A DNA stretch of 64,000 nucleotides, from the NCBI GenBank assembly GCA_903813345.2, contig CAIIXF020000001.1, forward strand, positions 8,246,001-8,310,000, written 5' to 3'. Within the stretch, counting starts at the first letter, position 1. Each line of letters opens with the position of its first letter. Source of the stretch: Owenia fusiformis (Eukaryota). This document shows, in pieces, positions 24,331-34,947 of this stretch. Both the position numbers and the translations under genes were made by a program. A model generated the notes under the pieces. That model made no database searches. It was not told the DNA's origin and saw only the letters and a program-made list of their open reading frames with translations.

Positions 24331-27222
24331 ATCATGTGCCTTGTTATAAATTGATGTATACTAGTTTTTCTGATTTCATATGTACAATAAAGGTGAATGA
24401 CATAAATTCATACACATAGGTTCGTTTAAAGATAAATTTCCGTATGTGTGACAAAATCGAAGAACAAATAAAAGAAGATAAATTCGAACCAATATTCAAG
24501 GTAAATTGAAAGAGAAGAATAATAGACGTCAATTTATGATACATGAGGGATATATCGTTAAGCTTTAATAAACCGTTTCTTAAAAACAACATCAATTGAG
24601 GAAGATATTGATTATGTAATAATATGTTGTTTAGTCTTTGTAATCGGCAAGTCTTGAAGTTTTTATGCTTGGAAACATTATCAACTTTTGATGAATTGTA
24701 GAAGGAAATTATACTGCATGACAAATATAATTATATCACAAAGTTCACGGTTCCACAGGCAAAGTAAATGTTTTTGAGATTTTATGAGATTGTTGCATAG
24801 GGATGCTTTGGTAATGACATTACAAGGAACAATTCTTCAAAAACATCTTAGATTCTCCTAAAGCTTCTTGGTGTATATCGTATATGTTTGCAGAGATAAC
24901 GGGGAGCTCATCATACTAATGAAAGCGTTGCTTTAAAGAAGGCCTCGCACTCAGAGCAATCCCTTTACTATTCCGCTTAATGGGATAAATTGGCAAAATA
25001 GATTCAATTGTTCCACACAAATAACAGGTATCATCAATCAATTCCGCTGAAAGAGTCCAATAAATGAAGTTGGTTATTTTGATGACATTCTAACCGGAAA
25101 GAAACTGGTTATCAAAATAACAAATTTATGGAGCGTTGACCTCTCGATGTAAAGTCGAATCGAACTATTGAAATCGTTTCTATGAACGGAATCAATAGTT
25201 TTTAATATTACTGTCAAACTCATAACACTCAAAGGGCTTTTCATTTTAAGGTAATTTTTCCCAGAACAAATATTTAATCAGAGGATGTCATGGAAACTTA
25301 CAATTTGCATGACGGTTTAGATATTGCAAAGAAAAATATATGTTTTGAATTTTGTAACGATGAAAACACATTGCCATTATTACTTTCTGCCTCATTTTGA
25401 CCTTGGTGTAATGTTCGACTCAATAGAAACATTTAGAAATATTAGTCTTAATCCCTAGACACAAGTGTTTCTCTTCACCTTATTATTGCTTTAATTGTGG
25501 ACTTCAACTTTCTCTCAAAGTTGTTATGTAGCATGAAGTACATTATTTACTAAGAATTACTGAAGAAGTGAAAACAATTTCCGCTGATTGCTTGACGATC
25601 AGATCATGCGTGATGGATTATATCACTAAAGAGATCACCCCGCTCTGCTCTCAGGATCCGCTGGTGCAAATATGTCAGGTAGCAATATTGCGACGAAAAG
25701 ACTATGAACTACCTTTTCTTGTTTATCCAGTTTTAAGTTCTATATCAATTCAAACCCGGAATAGTTTTGCATGCAAAGAGTAATACACTAATACAGTTAG
25801 AAGTCAGAGAAAGTGGAAGTTTTGCTTTCACCCATGCATGTGGTTTTTGTCACGTTTAGCGATGTTTTGAGAATGAAATATTCAACGTATAAATTATGTC
25901 AAAGCTAATTGATAATGAATAGTCGTCCATAATAGTCTATAATTACAGCTCTAATAGCTTAGTATCTTATCTACATCGACTATATCGTTAGTTTCGTTGT
26001 AAACACTTTTTTAAAATATATTTCTAACTCTATTGATGAAAAAAGATAATGACAGATCTAAGACGCTGACATATGAGACATTGGAGGTAATTTGCTTGTG
26101 TTTAATTAAGGTCTCTAAATCTCGATCTGTTTTTCGTGATCCAGTCAATCTTAGTAGATTTAGTTTTAGCAAAATTAATGATAAATCAGAATTACAACTT
26201 GGAATATTCCTTTTCTTATTGAAATATTGCTTCTAGCCTCTAATAACAATGTAAAATAACGATTTACTCGGTTAACACGGTCCAAATGGATAGCATTTTC
26301 TAGCCTTTTACCTGTTTCCACCCATTACACTTAGGGTGGATTATAAATTAAAGAAGTAACCGTCTTCGATGCGCAAAACAAGAATTTATTTGACACCCAT
26401 GGTTTATTCCCAATTAATCAGCCAACATATTTGTGTTTCAGCTATGATAATAGTTCTTGAAAGTGTTTATGCCACAGTTTGTTTCAAATCAATAATAGAA
26501 ACCGTTTTACATCAAATACCACGATGTTCATGATTTTAGAAACTGAAAGATTTATCAATAGTAGTGCGAGTGGGTTATCACATACTTACAGAACCATGAG
26601 AACCTATTCATAAAGGGTAACGTTCATCCAAGTCTCTTATCTTACTCACATCATAGTTCTTTTCGTACATCAGAGTGGTAGAGATGGGGCATATATAGCG
26701 TCTTAGAAGGACAGTGTCTTTGCATTCAATACTTGTACAATAGTCATTTAGACAAAAACCTGTAAAGTTTAAGTAGAGTCGGTACTGAGTTGTTAATACG
26801 TCTATATAACAATTTACACTTTGTCATTCTTTCTTCGAGAGCCTAATCATCCGGGAGTATCTAGTAATAACACGTTATTCCTTGACATGGAAGATCTAAG
26901 CCTAATAGTCAAATTTCGTGCTGTAGAAAAATGATTGAATACGCAATTAATATAAATTAGAGTTTTTGACTGCTACATATGTAAATCATATTTATTAAAG
27001 GGATTATGATGATAAATGTCACACATCAGCTTCCTAGATAATACCCTGGGCGTAAAGGTTAGTTCTAAAGCTAGCGCTAGCCTACCTTTAAAGAAGCTAC
27101 ATGTAAATCTAAGGAATTCGAAGGGTACCTAGATAATCAAACTTCGGTTCTGACCGGGGAAGCAGAAAAAGTAAGATAATCCATTCATCAAAGAGTTTAA
27201 GCAATCAACCAATCAACATATA

Positions 27223-27906
27223 CACTCCCCTCCATAAGTTTGGCAACCTTAGCTCCCCCATTGAACTACGTGTTAAAACCTCTTCACGTTTGAATTTTTA
27301 ATTACTTATCCTGCGATGAAATTACTTATACTATTGATGCCGGGAAACGTAACTTGACTTTATTTCCAATTCCTCCAAATTTTCCCAATTTTTTCCTCAA
27401 TTACAATACGTCGAAAATTGATGATAAAGAAGATGACATTTTGAAAATCGTCATTCACATGTAAACCAATGGGAAATGGTGGGTTCTGGGCAAATCAGAA
27501 ATCAGGATATCTTTTCAGTGAAAGATTCAGCAAAAAATATTTTTATACAGAAAATTTAATTGTCTAACTTTTTTTGTACACTGTGTTTAGTTTACTTGAT
27601 GAAGACTAAAGTTACAGCTATAAAATCATTTTTGAAAATCATTTTTCGCCTCCTGTGTTATTTTAATGGGAGAGGTTGAAAAACAATTTTGAATTTTTAA
27701 ATTCATCAAATTTATCATCAATTTTCTACCTATTGTAATTGAGGGAAAAAATTGGGAAAATTTAGAGGTATTGGAGAGTCAAGTTACGTTTCCATCAGTA
27801 TTATAAGTAATTATATCGCAGGTTAAGTAAATGAAAATTCAAACGAAAGCCTTTAACACGTAGTTCAATGGGGAAGCTAAGGTTGCCAAACTTATGGAGG
27901 GGAGTG
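27223..27906. mobile_element. Tc1/mariner-type MITE
   Basis: TA|CACTCCCCTCCATAAGTTTGGCAACCTTAGC ... GCTAAGGTTGCCAAACTTATGGAGGGGAGTG|TA, with ~190-bp imperfect TIRs. Confidence 0.88.
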
Positions 27907-28064
27907 TACATGCAGTTCACTAAGAATGACATATCTGAAAAGATGGGCCCACGTTTTTTAAACATATCCACGCTTTAAAAAGGGTTCACATTTTTTCTGG
28001 AAGAGATTTTCAGAATCATTGGTTAATGAAAACATTGAATGGTATCCTGTTCTAAGAGCTGAAG

Positions 28065-28123
28065 TGAAAAAGTCAATCCCAGTGTGGATCGAACCCACAA
28101 CTCGTTTTCCGGGCGAGTGCTAT
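28065..28123 (-). mobile_element. tRNA-derived SINE head remnant
   Basis: Minus strand reads TAGCACTCGCCCGGAAAACGAGTTGTGGGTTCGATCCACAC with the B-box GGTTCGATCC. No full cloverleaf. Confidence 0.4.
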
Positions 28124-28593
28124 TTTTTCTTGAAAAGATTTTCAGAATCATTATTTTGGACATGGACTTCTATCTAAAAGTGCATGTTTTGATTAATGAT
28201 CTAGTAGATCAAAGGAAAAAGTCAAATAAATCGAGGTGTACGTTAATCCATTTTGAAAGAAGATGGTATCATTTGCGAGGCAAAGTGGGTTCACAGTGGC
28301 ATGTGAATCTGTCATTGAATAGGATGTTGGACAAGATATGAATAGGTTTCCGAAGAGTATGTCCTTGATTGAGAAATGTTCAGATATGTCAGCGTCATGA
28401 TAAAATGAAAATAATTATAATCATCTTTGATAGAGTGAATACTGAATAGACCTTTCTGAAAAGGTACATATTAAACTCCCCTCAGCTTGCAATAGTAGTT
28501 TTTGATTCAGATAATGGATCAGGATTGAACTAAAATCCTGGAGTTGTGGTTTCTTACAAAACAAGTATTGATTGACCCCTAAAATACAAATGA

Positions 28594-29882
28594 CACCCTA
28601 TGCAGACGGAGCCTGTGGGAAATATTTGGTGCGGCAGAAATGAGCGTTTGGTGCGGAGATGCAACGGTCATTTTTGAATTTAAGGGATATTTCTGAAACT
28701 AAGCCGTATATCAATAAAATTGTGAAAATAGTATAATTCATTCTATAGTGGTGCAGTATACATTAAACATCAGATTAACGTGCATTTTAGCAAAGACATG
28801 AAAACGTTTTCCCTAGGATGTATAGAGGCAAGTTCTGAAAACAGTCGACGTGGTCCAAGTACTCACAACACATAATATCATCAAACGATATTAAAGTTCT
28901 TTGTTAATAAGCGTCTGTCGTACCAAATATTTAGAGGGGGGGTCATATCTGATGAACATTTCCTGATTTGTATAAAAGCACACAGACACTGTCTGTAGCT
29001 TCCAAGATGCAAAAATAATGTGTATGGATAGTGTATCTTGATCACCATTTTTTATGAATGCTGGGGACGCTGTATAAAAACGACATTTGCAGAATATAGG
29101 TCGCGAAGAGGTTTAATGCATACTGCGTCGTTATAGAATAAATTACACTATTTTTCACAATTTGATTGATACTCGTTGTCAACGACACATATATAGAGAT
29201 TATCCTATATGAGGTTCAGGATATTGGGATTATCCCGAGGCAAATATAATATATTTGCCCGAGGGCCGCAGGTCCCGAGGGAAAATATGTTATATTGGCC
29301 AAGGGATAATCCCAATATCCTGAACCGACTATAGGATAATATGTTTATCCCATACCGATCTTGGTTATCTGGTTCACATTGTTCAATCGTGGAAATATTT
29401 TAGAATATTCATGTCCAGTTTTGTTTTCTTGGCCGTGGGTGGATTTTCCTGTTCTCTCAAATATTCCCATATTTATTTTCTCGAATTTTTGATTGATTAA
29501 GTGGATGCTCCTTGCTATCAAACAGATCCCGATTGTCTGTGTTTTCTCCATTGTCGTTTACAGTCATTACGCGAACGTTACAAATTATGAACAAATATGC
29601 GAGCGACGATTATGACGTAGCGGGCAGATATACTATATCTGCCCGCTCGGAGCGGGACGTAAAGCTATATCTGCCCGCTGATGAAAATATAAGTTTTTAC
29701 AAACTGGCTTTATGTACCTGTAACACGTCCAAGTATGGGATAAATGGGTATATTTGAAGTCCAAAAATGGCTCAGTATCAGAAACATCCCAAATTTAAAT
29801 TCAAAAATGACATTTGCCTCCGCACCAAACGATCATTTCCGCCGCACCAAATATTTCCCACAGATTGTGTTTGCATAGGGTG
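28594..29882. mobile_element. CAC...GTG element with 5-bp TSD (Transib/RAG-like)
   Basis: AATGA|CACCCTATGCA ... TGCATAGGGTG|AATGA. ~180-bp TIRs; the right arm is split (29108-29172 and 29755-29882) by an insertion. Confidence 0.82.
29185..29745. mobile_element. TSD-less multi-hairpin element (Crypton-like non-autonomous)
   Basis: Hairpin 29199-29340 centred on CCCGAGGGCCGCAGGTCCCGAGGG, plus a second inverted pair TTTATCCCATAC (29344-29355) / GTATGGGATAAA (29733-29744). Confidence 0.55.
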
Positions 29883-30610
29883 AATGACAACGCCGACAAT
29901 TTCAAGGAACGAAACGTAATTTCCAAATATCTCCCGGGAATATCCCACTCTGTTGTCTTGAACTAATTTAAGACCCGTCCGATAGAAATTATTATCTTGG
30001 CAGTTGTATTGCTTTTAATTCATTGACCACCTATATTGGACACCTAATCATCCCATGGATTGATTAATCTCTGCGTTAATTACCCGCGAGAACATTCAAC
30101 TCTGATTTAGTTTTCTTATAAATCAGCTATGGCAAGTTATTATAATCCAACATTCTTCAGCATATGACAAACAGTTGATTTTTTGTGCACAGTTTCTAGT
30201 TTTTTCATTTATATTTACACCACTGACCTCGACAAAATGGGTGTTGCAAGTTTCCATCTCTTAAGACAATTTTTCATTTTAGATATAATTTTCTAAATAT
30301 TTGCAATTAGTAACAACTGTATTTACCTGTTTTTCCAGAAAGAAAACTCTCATCATATAGAACACATATCTAAAAGGGGGAAAATGTCAAACTATTTGAA
30401 CGAACGATTAAAATTGTTTCAGTCGATATATCACATATATACCTGTTCATTTATTACCTCGTGCAGCTTCCAGATAGCTTTTTCCATTTTCACTCATGTG
30501 TGTCAGTTATATGGAATGTACAAAATTGTAAAATGTTTTGTAAAATATCTAGAATGATAGTTGAATTTAAACCGAACGTAGGTGAACAAGAGTTTATTTT
30601 GTTTTCAGCA

Positions 30611-30751
30611 ATGAATGATTCCGAAGACACCCTGGACAGCGCAGCTAGCACATTCCTTGCGGACGTGGGTCTCTTCTCTGAAGAGGATGTTGATGGATTG
30701 GAAGATTTGGATGGCGGGGACATCTTCTCACTCTTCAGCAATAGGTCATTG
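30611..30751 (+). CDS. Neuropeptide GPCR, first coding exon (extracellular N-terminus)
   Basis: Acceptor tttattttgttttcag at 30607-30608, ATG at 30611, donor TTG|GTGAGC. Phase 0 matches the acceptor at 31349-31350. Encodes MNDSEDTLD...FSNRSL with two N-glycosylation sequons. Confidence 0.75.
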
Positions 30752-31350
30752 GTGAGCAAATTGCTGATCTACGTCCAGCATAATATAAGATAAGATATGA
30801 CATCCTGTATTCCATAGCTACTGAGGTTATGGGGAGTAGTATGTCTCTAGGGATCAGGTTGGATACACACATATCCATTGGAATTAACTCCGTATTTAGC
30901 CATAATCCCCCAGGACATAATCCGGTCGTAGGCCTATATGTTGAAAGGATTTTAATAATTGGGGAAATGATTTATGATATTGGTTTAAGAATTGAGATAA
31001 TAATGTAATGGCGTTCGTTGTAAGAGCGTAAGGTTACAGTTGTCAACTTCTTGCCTACTAATGATACGTTTTTAAAATGACTTATCACGAAATGTCGACA
31101 GAGTAGTAAATCAGAGCAGAGAGACAATCAATATGTTAATTTAAAGTTTTCTTGCATCAATCATTGTACCGAGACACAATTATATACCTCAATGTCCTTC
31201 TGTATTTACATGGTCGACAGTTATTCATAGATTTCTTGAGTTGGAGATCAAAGTCAGTTCAAGCAATTAAGTATGATATTAATAGCTAGTTGGTTCCGTT
31301 GTTTTCCGGGATTTTGAACCTAGCTTTTGATTGTATTCTATATGTTTCAG

Positions 31351-32550
31351 CAGCATACGCAGCAGCTGTGTGCGATGAACAGCATCATACGCAGCATCTA
31401 CGCGAACAGCGACAGCAGCAGTAGCGACATAGACTTCGGCAATTATTACAACAGTAACATTACCTGTAATGACACAATTGTACAGGGAACGGCATCAGAC
31501 TCTAACGACCCTGCTATATTAACAATCGGGAGAAGGTTCTATGTGTATTTGACTCCCATCATCATTCTAATCGGACTTATTGGAAATAGCCTATCCCTAA
31601 AAGTGTTCACTTCAAGACGAATGAGAAAACAATCCTCGAGCTATTATTTAGCGACACTATCGGGCAGCGATCTTCTTACCTTACTCCTTTATGTCCTCCC
31701 TAGCTGGCTTAAGGAGGCTTCCCCGTTAATCACTGGTGATCAAAGGCTGGGTTTCATTGACTATGATGGTGTCTGCCATTTATACGTTTATTTCGCTTAC
31801 GTGTTTCGATTTCTCAGCGTTTGGCTTATTGTTATCTTCACCGTTGAGCGATATATCGGCGTCTGCCATCCCCTCCGCAGAAGGGAAATGTGCACTACAT
31901 CCTGTGCCGGGAAAGGTGTAATCTCTATCGCCGCTTGCTCTCTATTGGTTTTCGCCACAAAGCCTGCTCTGAGCGGTGTCTATGAAACCGTGGCCGGTGG
32001 AGAAGTCCATCGATGTACCAGTCGACCAAATTTCAAGTACGTCTCCTTCATATTCGACAGCGTCTTTGCCGTACTGACCACATTTGTCCCATTTATCATC
32101 ATTCTCAGTATGAACTCTCTCATAGTTCGGAAACTGTTTTTGCACAAGAAACGACAACGCAGGGATAAACTGGTTTCACCAGAAAATAGGATGAAAATAG
32201 AATTCACACTTATTCTGCTCACAATTTCAACAGGTTTCATTGCTCTTAGTCTGCCCTATTTCGTAGCTTGGTGCAAGAAATTCAACTTATCCCAATACAT
32301 GAGCAGTCGGACTTACGAAATGAATGCGAATATGGACGAATATAAATGTATTCAAGGCCTTGTACTTATAACACAGACTATCTTCTTCATCAACTACTGC
32401 AGCAACTTTTTCCTTTATTCATTGACGGGTGCATACTTCCGAAGCGAGTTGAAACACTCCTTAGGTTATAGTGCTTGGCAGACTCGACGGGCGTCATCAC
32501 TCAGTCTGTCAAGAGGAATGTCAAAATCAACAAGACATTCATGGGTATAG
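31351..32550 (+). CDS. Class A (rhodopsin-like) neuropeptide GPCR, elevenin/CNMamide-receptor-like; main exon
   Basis: Seven hydrophobic helices with GLIGN (TM1), SSSYYLA.LS.SD (TM2), SVW..V.FTVERY (TM3), LPY (TM6) and NYCSNFFLY (TM7). NFFLY in place of NPxxY is typical of the FMRFa/CNMa/elevenin/GPR139-142 group. AATAAA at 33210. Confidence 0.93.
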   Translation, partial: QHTQQLCAMNSIIRSIYANSDSSSSDIDFGNYYNSNITCNDTIVQGTASDSNDPAILTIGRRFYVYLTPIIILIGLIGNSLSLKVFTSRRMRKQSSSYYLATLSGSDLLTLLLYVLPSWLKEASPLITGDQRLGFIDYDGVCHLYVYFAYVFRFLSVWLIVIFTVERYIGVCHPLRRREMCTTSCAGKGVISIAACSLLVFATKPALSGVYETVAGGEVHRCTSRPNFKYVSFIFDSVFAVLTTFVPFIIILSMNSLIVRKLFLHKKRQRRDKLVSPENRMKIEFTLILLTISTGFIALSLPYFVAWCKKFNLSQYMSSRTYEMNANMDEYKCIQGLVLITQTIFFINYCSNFFLYSLTGAYFRSELKHSLGYSAWQTRRASSLSLSRGMSKSTRHSWV

Positions 32551-34471
32551 AACATAGACATATCCACTGGGACAAACTTTTGCAATCGAAATGTTGCTTG
32601 TAAAAGTAGAACTCGTCCAATATAAGCTGTTATTCAAGATTATATTTGAAGGACAAATTAGGAACTTGAAATCAGTACCCAGAAGACATTCGAGTCCAAT
32701 TCTAGAAAGAATTCCAATTATGGTCGAACAGTCTGGATTGACGTGAAATTTATAAATCATGTTACGTCGCTTTACAGATATATTTGTTACAGATGGTGTC
32801 ATTTGAACCTCAATTTGAAGACTTCCATCATTGTAAGGGGAATGAAATCCTAAAACCTGATCACGAATCAACACATTACAATCCCAAGTAATGAGACCAT
32901 TAAAATGATGAAACACCATTCATTTATATTTGCAATTATAGTTTTTGACACTTCTGTTTGGACCTGAACTCTGGACCGGTGTCTAGTAATGTGGAGTCAG
33001 ATCAGAACCAATATTTAAATGGCACTTTAGAAATAATAAGATCAGATTGGTCCCCATTCGAATTCCTATCGTGTCATCAGACACTCAATTTGTCTTTTTT
33101 GCCGATTGGATCTGTCACAAACAAGTTTAGAACATTCTTGCAGAGGTACAGGCCTGATGAAATCTATGATGTATATATACCCTAAAAGATTTTATCAAAT
33201 TATATTGTAAATAAAACAAAACTAAGGCACTTGTTATCAAAATAGATAGTTATTGTCATTCAATGCCTTCAATTAGTCAGTAAATGATATCAATACATTC
33301 ATTAAACATCCATGATGCTTCTATGTTTAATCGAAAAGATAGAATGTTGCGTCATTAGAAGGCTTGGAAATTTAAATAAGTCTTATTCAGACTTTTTCTA
33401 ATTTACAGACCTCGTTATAGCCTTATTGTCCTCAGAGTCTGGATTGTAAATCATCTATTTCGTTTCAGCACGAGATGATATCCTGCATTTGAAAAAGGTA
33501 ATTTAGCCAAAACAGGAAAATCGATGTTTGTATCTATCATAAATTCTTATCTGACTAAGAATATATTTTATGATTGAATGTTAAACCATCCATTAATAAT
33601 ACGTGATAGGTAGAACGCATCTTTAGACTCAATCTTTCCCAGATCTTAGTTACAACGCTATTTGGAAGTTCATTTTGTTGATTAGCCAGTAATGAATTTG
33701 ATCTTTATGCTCATTTAAACCCAAGAGCTGCAAATCGTTTGAACATCTTTAGAAATAAATGTACAGTCGTACATTCCATAGATTGTTTAGAACGATGAAT
33801 TTATTATCTTTCTGACATTTGATGTTTCACTGTATGTACAGTGATCGCCTATCATTACAAGTGCGTCAGTAATGACTCGACAAGATCCGCAAAATTCAAA
33901 TATATTGTAACGGTTATTTTTTAATGATTTATTTGTGTTAATATTACAGGCTACTGGTGATTCAATTAGGTTTTGTAGGCACCAGAACACCCATATGCTT
34001 TGAAAAATATATATAAGTTTGACCATTTTTCGTATATGTGTTGGACTTCACGATGTTAAGATATAAATGTGATATGATATCCGTTATTTGATTTGAAAAG
34101 GTTTAAAATATCAAAAACAAAAGAACATTTTACACTTTTTAATTTTTTATACTTAGGTTGGGTCTTGGGCTTCCATTTGACCATGATTAACTCCACATTT
34201 CCTCTTAATAACATGGGATAAATATTTGAACACAGAAATTAATGGATCAGCTTATAGTGTGAGTTTCAGCAGACCAGACACCCAGAAATATTTTGATTTT
34301 GATCATCAGAAGAAAAATGGGGTTTCTCGCAGAATTTATGTCCGAAACCAAATAGAACATTAACATCACTGTTTACTGATTCATTAAATGAAATGGTCAC
34401 TGTGTGTGCGTACATTTCGTTTCGTTTTTCTGTCTTTAGGTTTGAATACAATGACCCTTTAATGATATGTA

Positions 34472-34573
34472 CAGTAGAACCTGCCAAGTGGAACACTTCT
34501 TTAAGCGTAATACCTAACAAGTGGAACAGGTTTTTAAACCACCAAGGGCGTTCCACTTAGAAAGGGTCTATTG
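34472..34573. mobile_element. Tiny pogo/Tc1-type MITE
   Basis: TA|CAGTAGAACC...GGGTCTATTG|TA with internal AAGTGGAAC/GTTCCACTT. A related left end occurs at about 54845. Confidence 0.6.
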
Positions 34574-34947
34574 TATTTCGAATGAGCTATTGTCGAACAG
34601 ACTTGCTTACCAGTTTGATGCCATGTGGACAATTTCGTTGGTCTATTCAATCACACCCCTAACTTATGAGGTTGACCATTTTCAAATTCCAATTTGAAGA
34701 AACTAAAAACTTGAAAATCAAGATAGAGGTTTATTGGCCAGGTTCTATTTACCTAGTTCATAGGAAGTGCATAATGGAGGCTGAATAAGATGATATCTCA
34801 TTCATTAAAAGCCTCAATCAATCTATGACAAAATATGAAAATAATAAGACTTGGACAGAAATTTCACCTTCTGATTCCAAGGTATGATGTTCTACAATGT
34901 GGTTTATAATGTTTGGGAATTTAGGAGTCGCGTTTAGAAGGACAATG

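Noticed and set aside
30624-30643. RE1/NRSE-like GACACCCTGGACAGCGCA
   Set aside because: Imperfect left half, lies in coding sequence, and REST/RE1 regulation is chiefly a vertebrate system.
30490-30759. 89-aa minus-strand ORF
   Set aside because: Antisense to the GPCR N-terminal exon, which has the splice signals.
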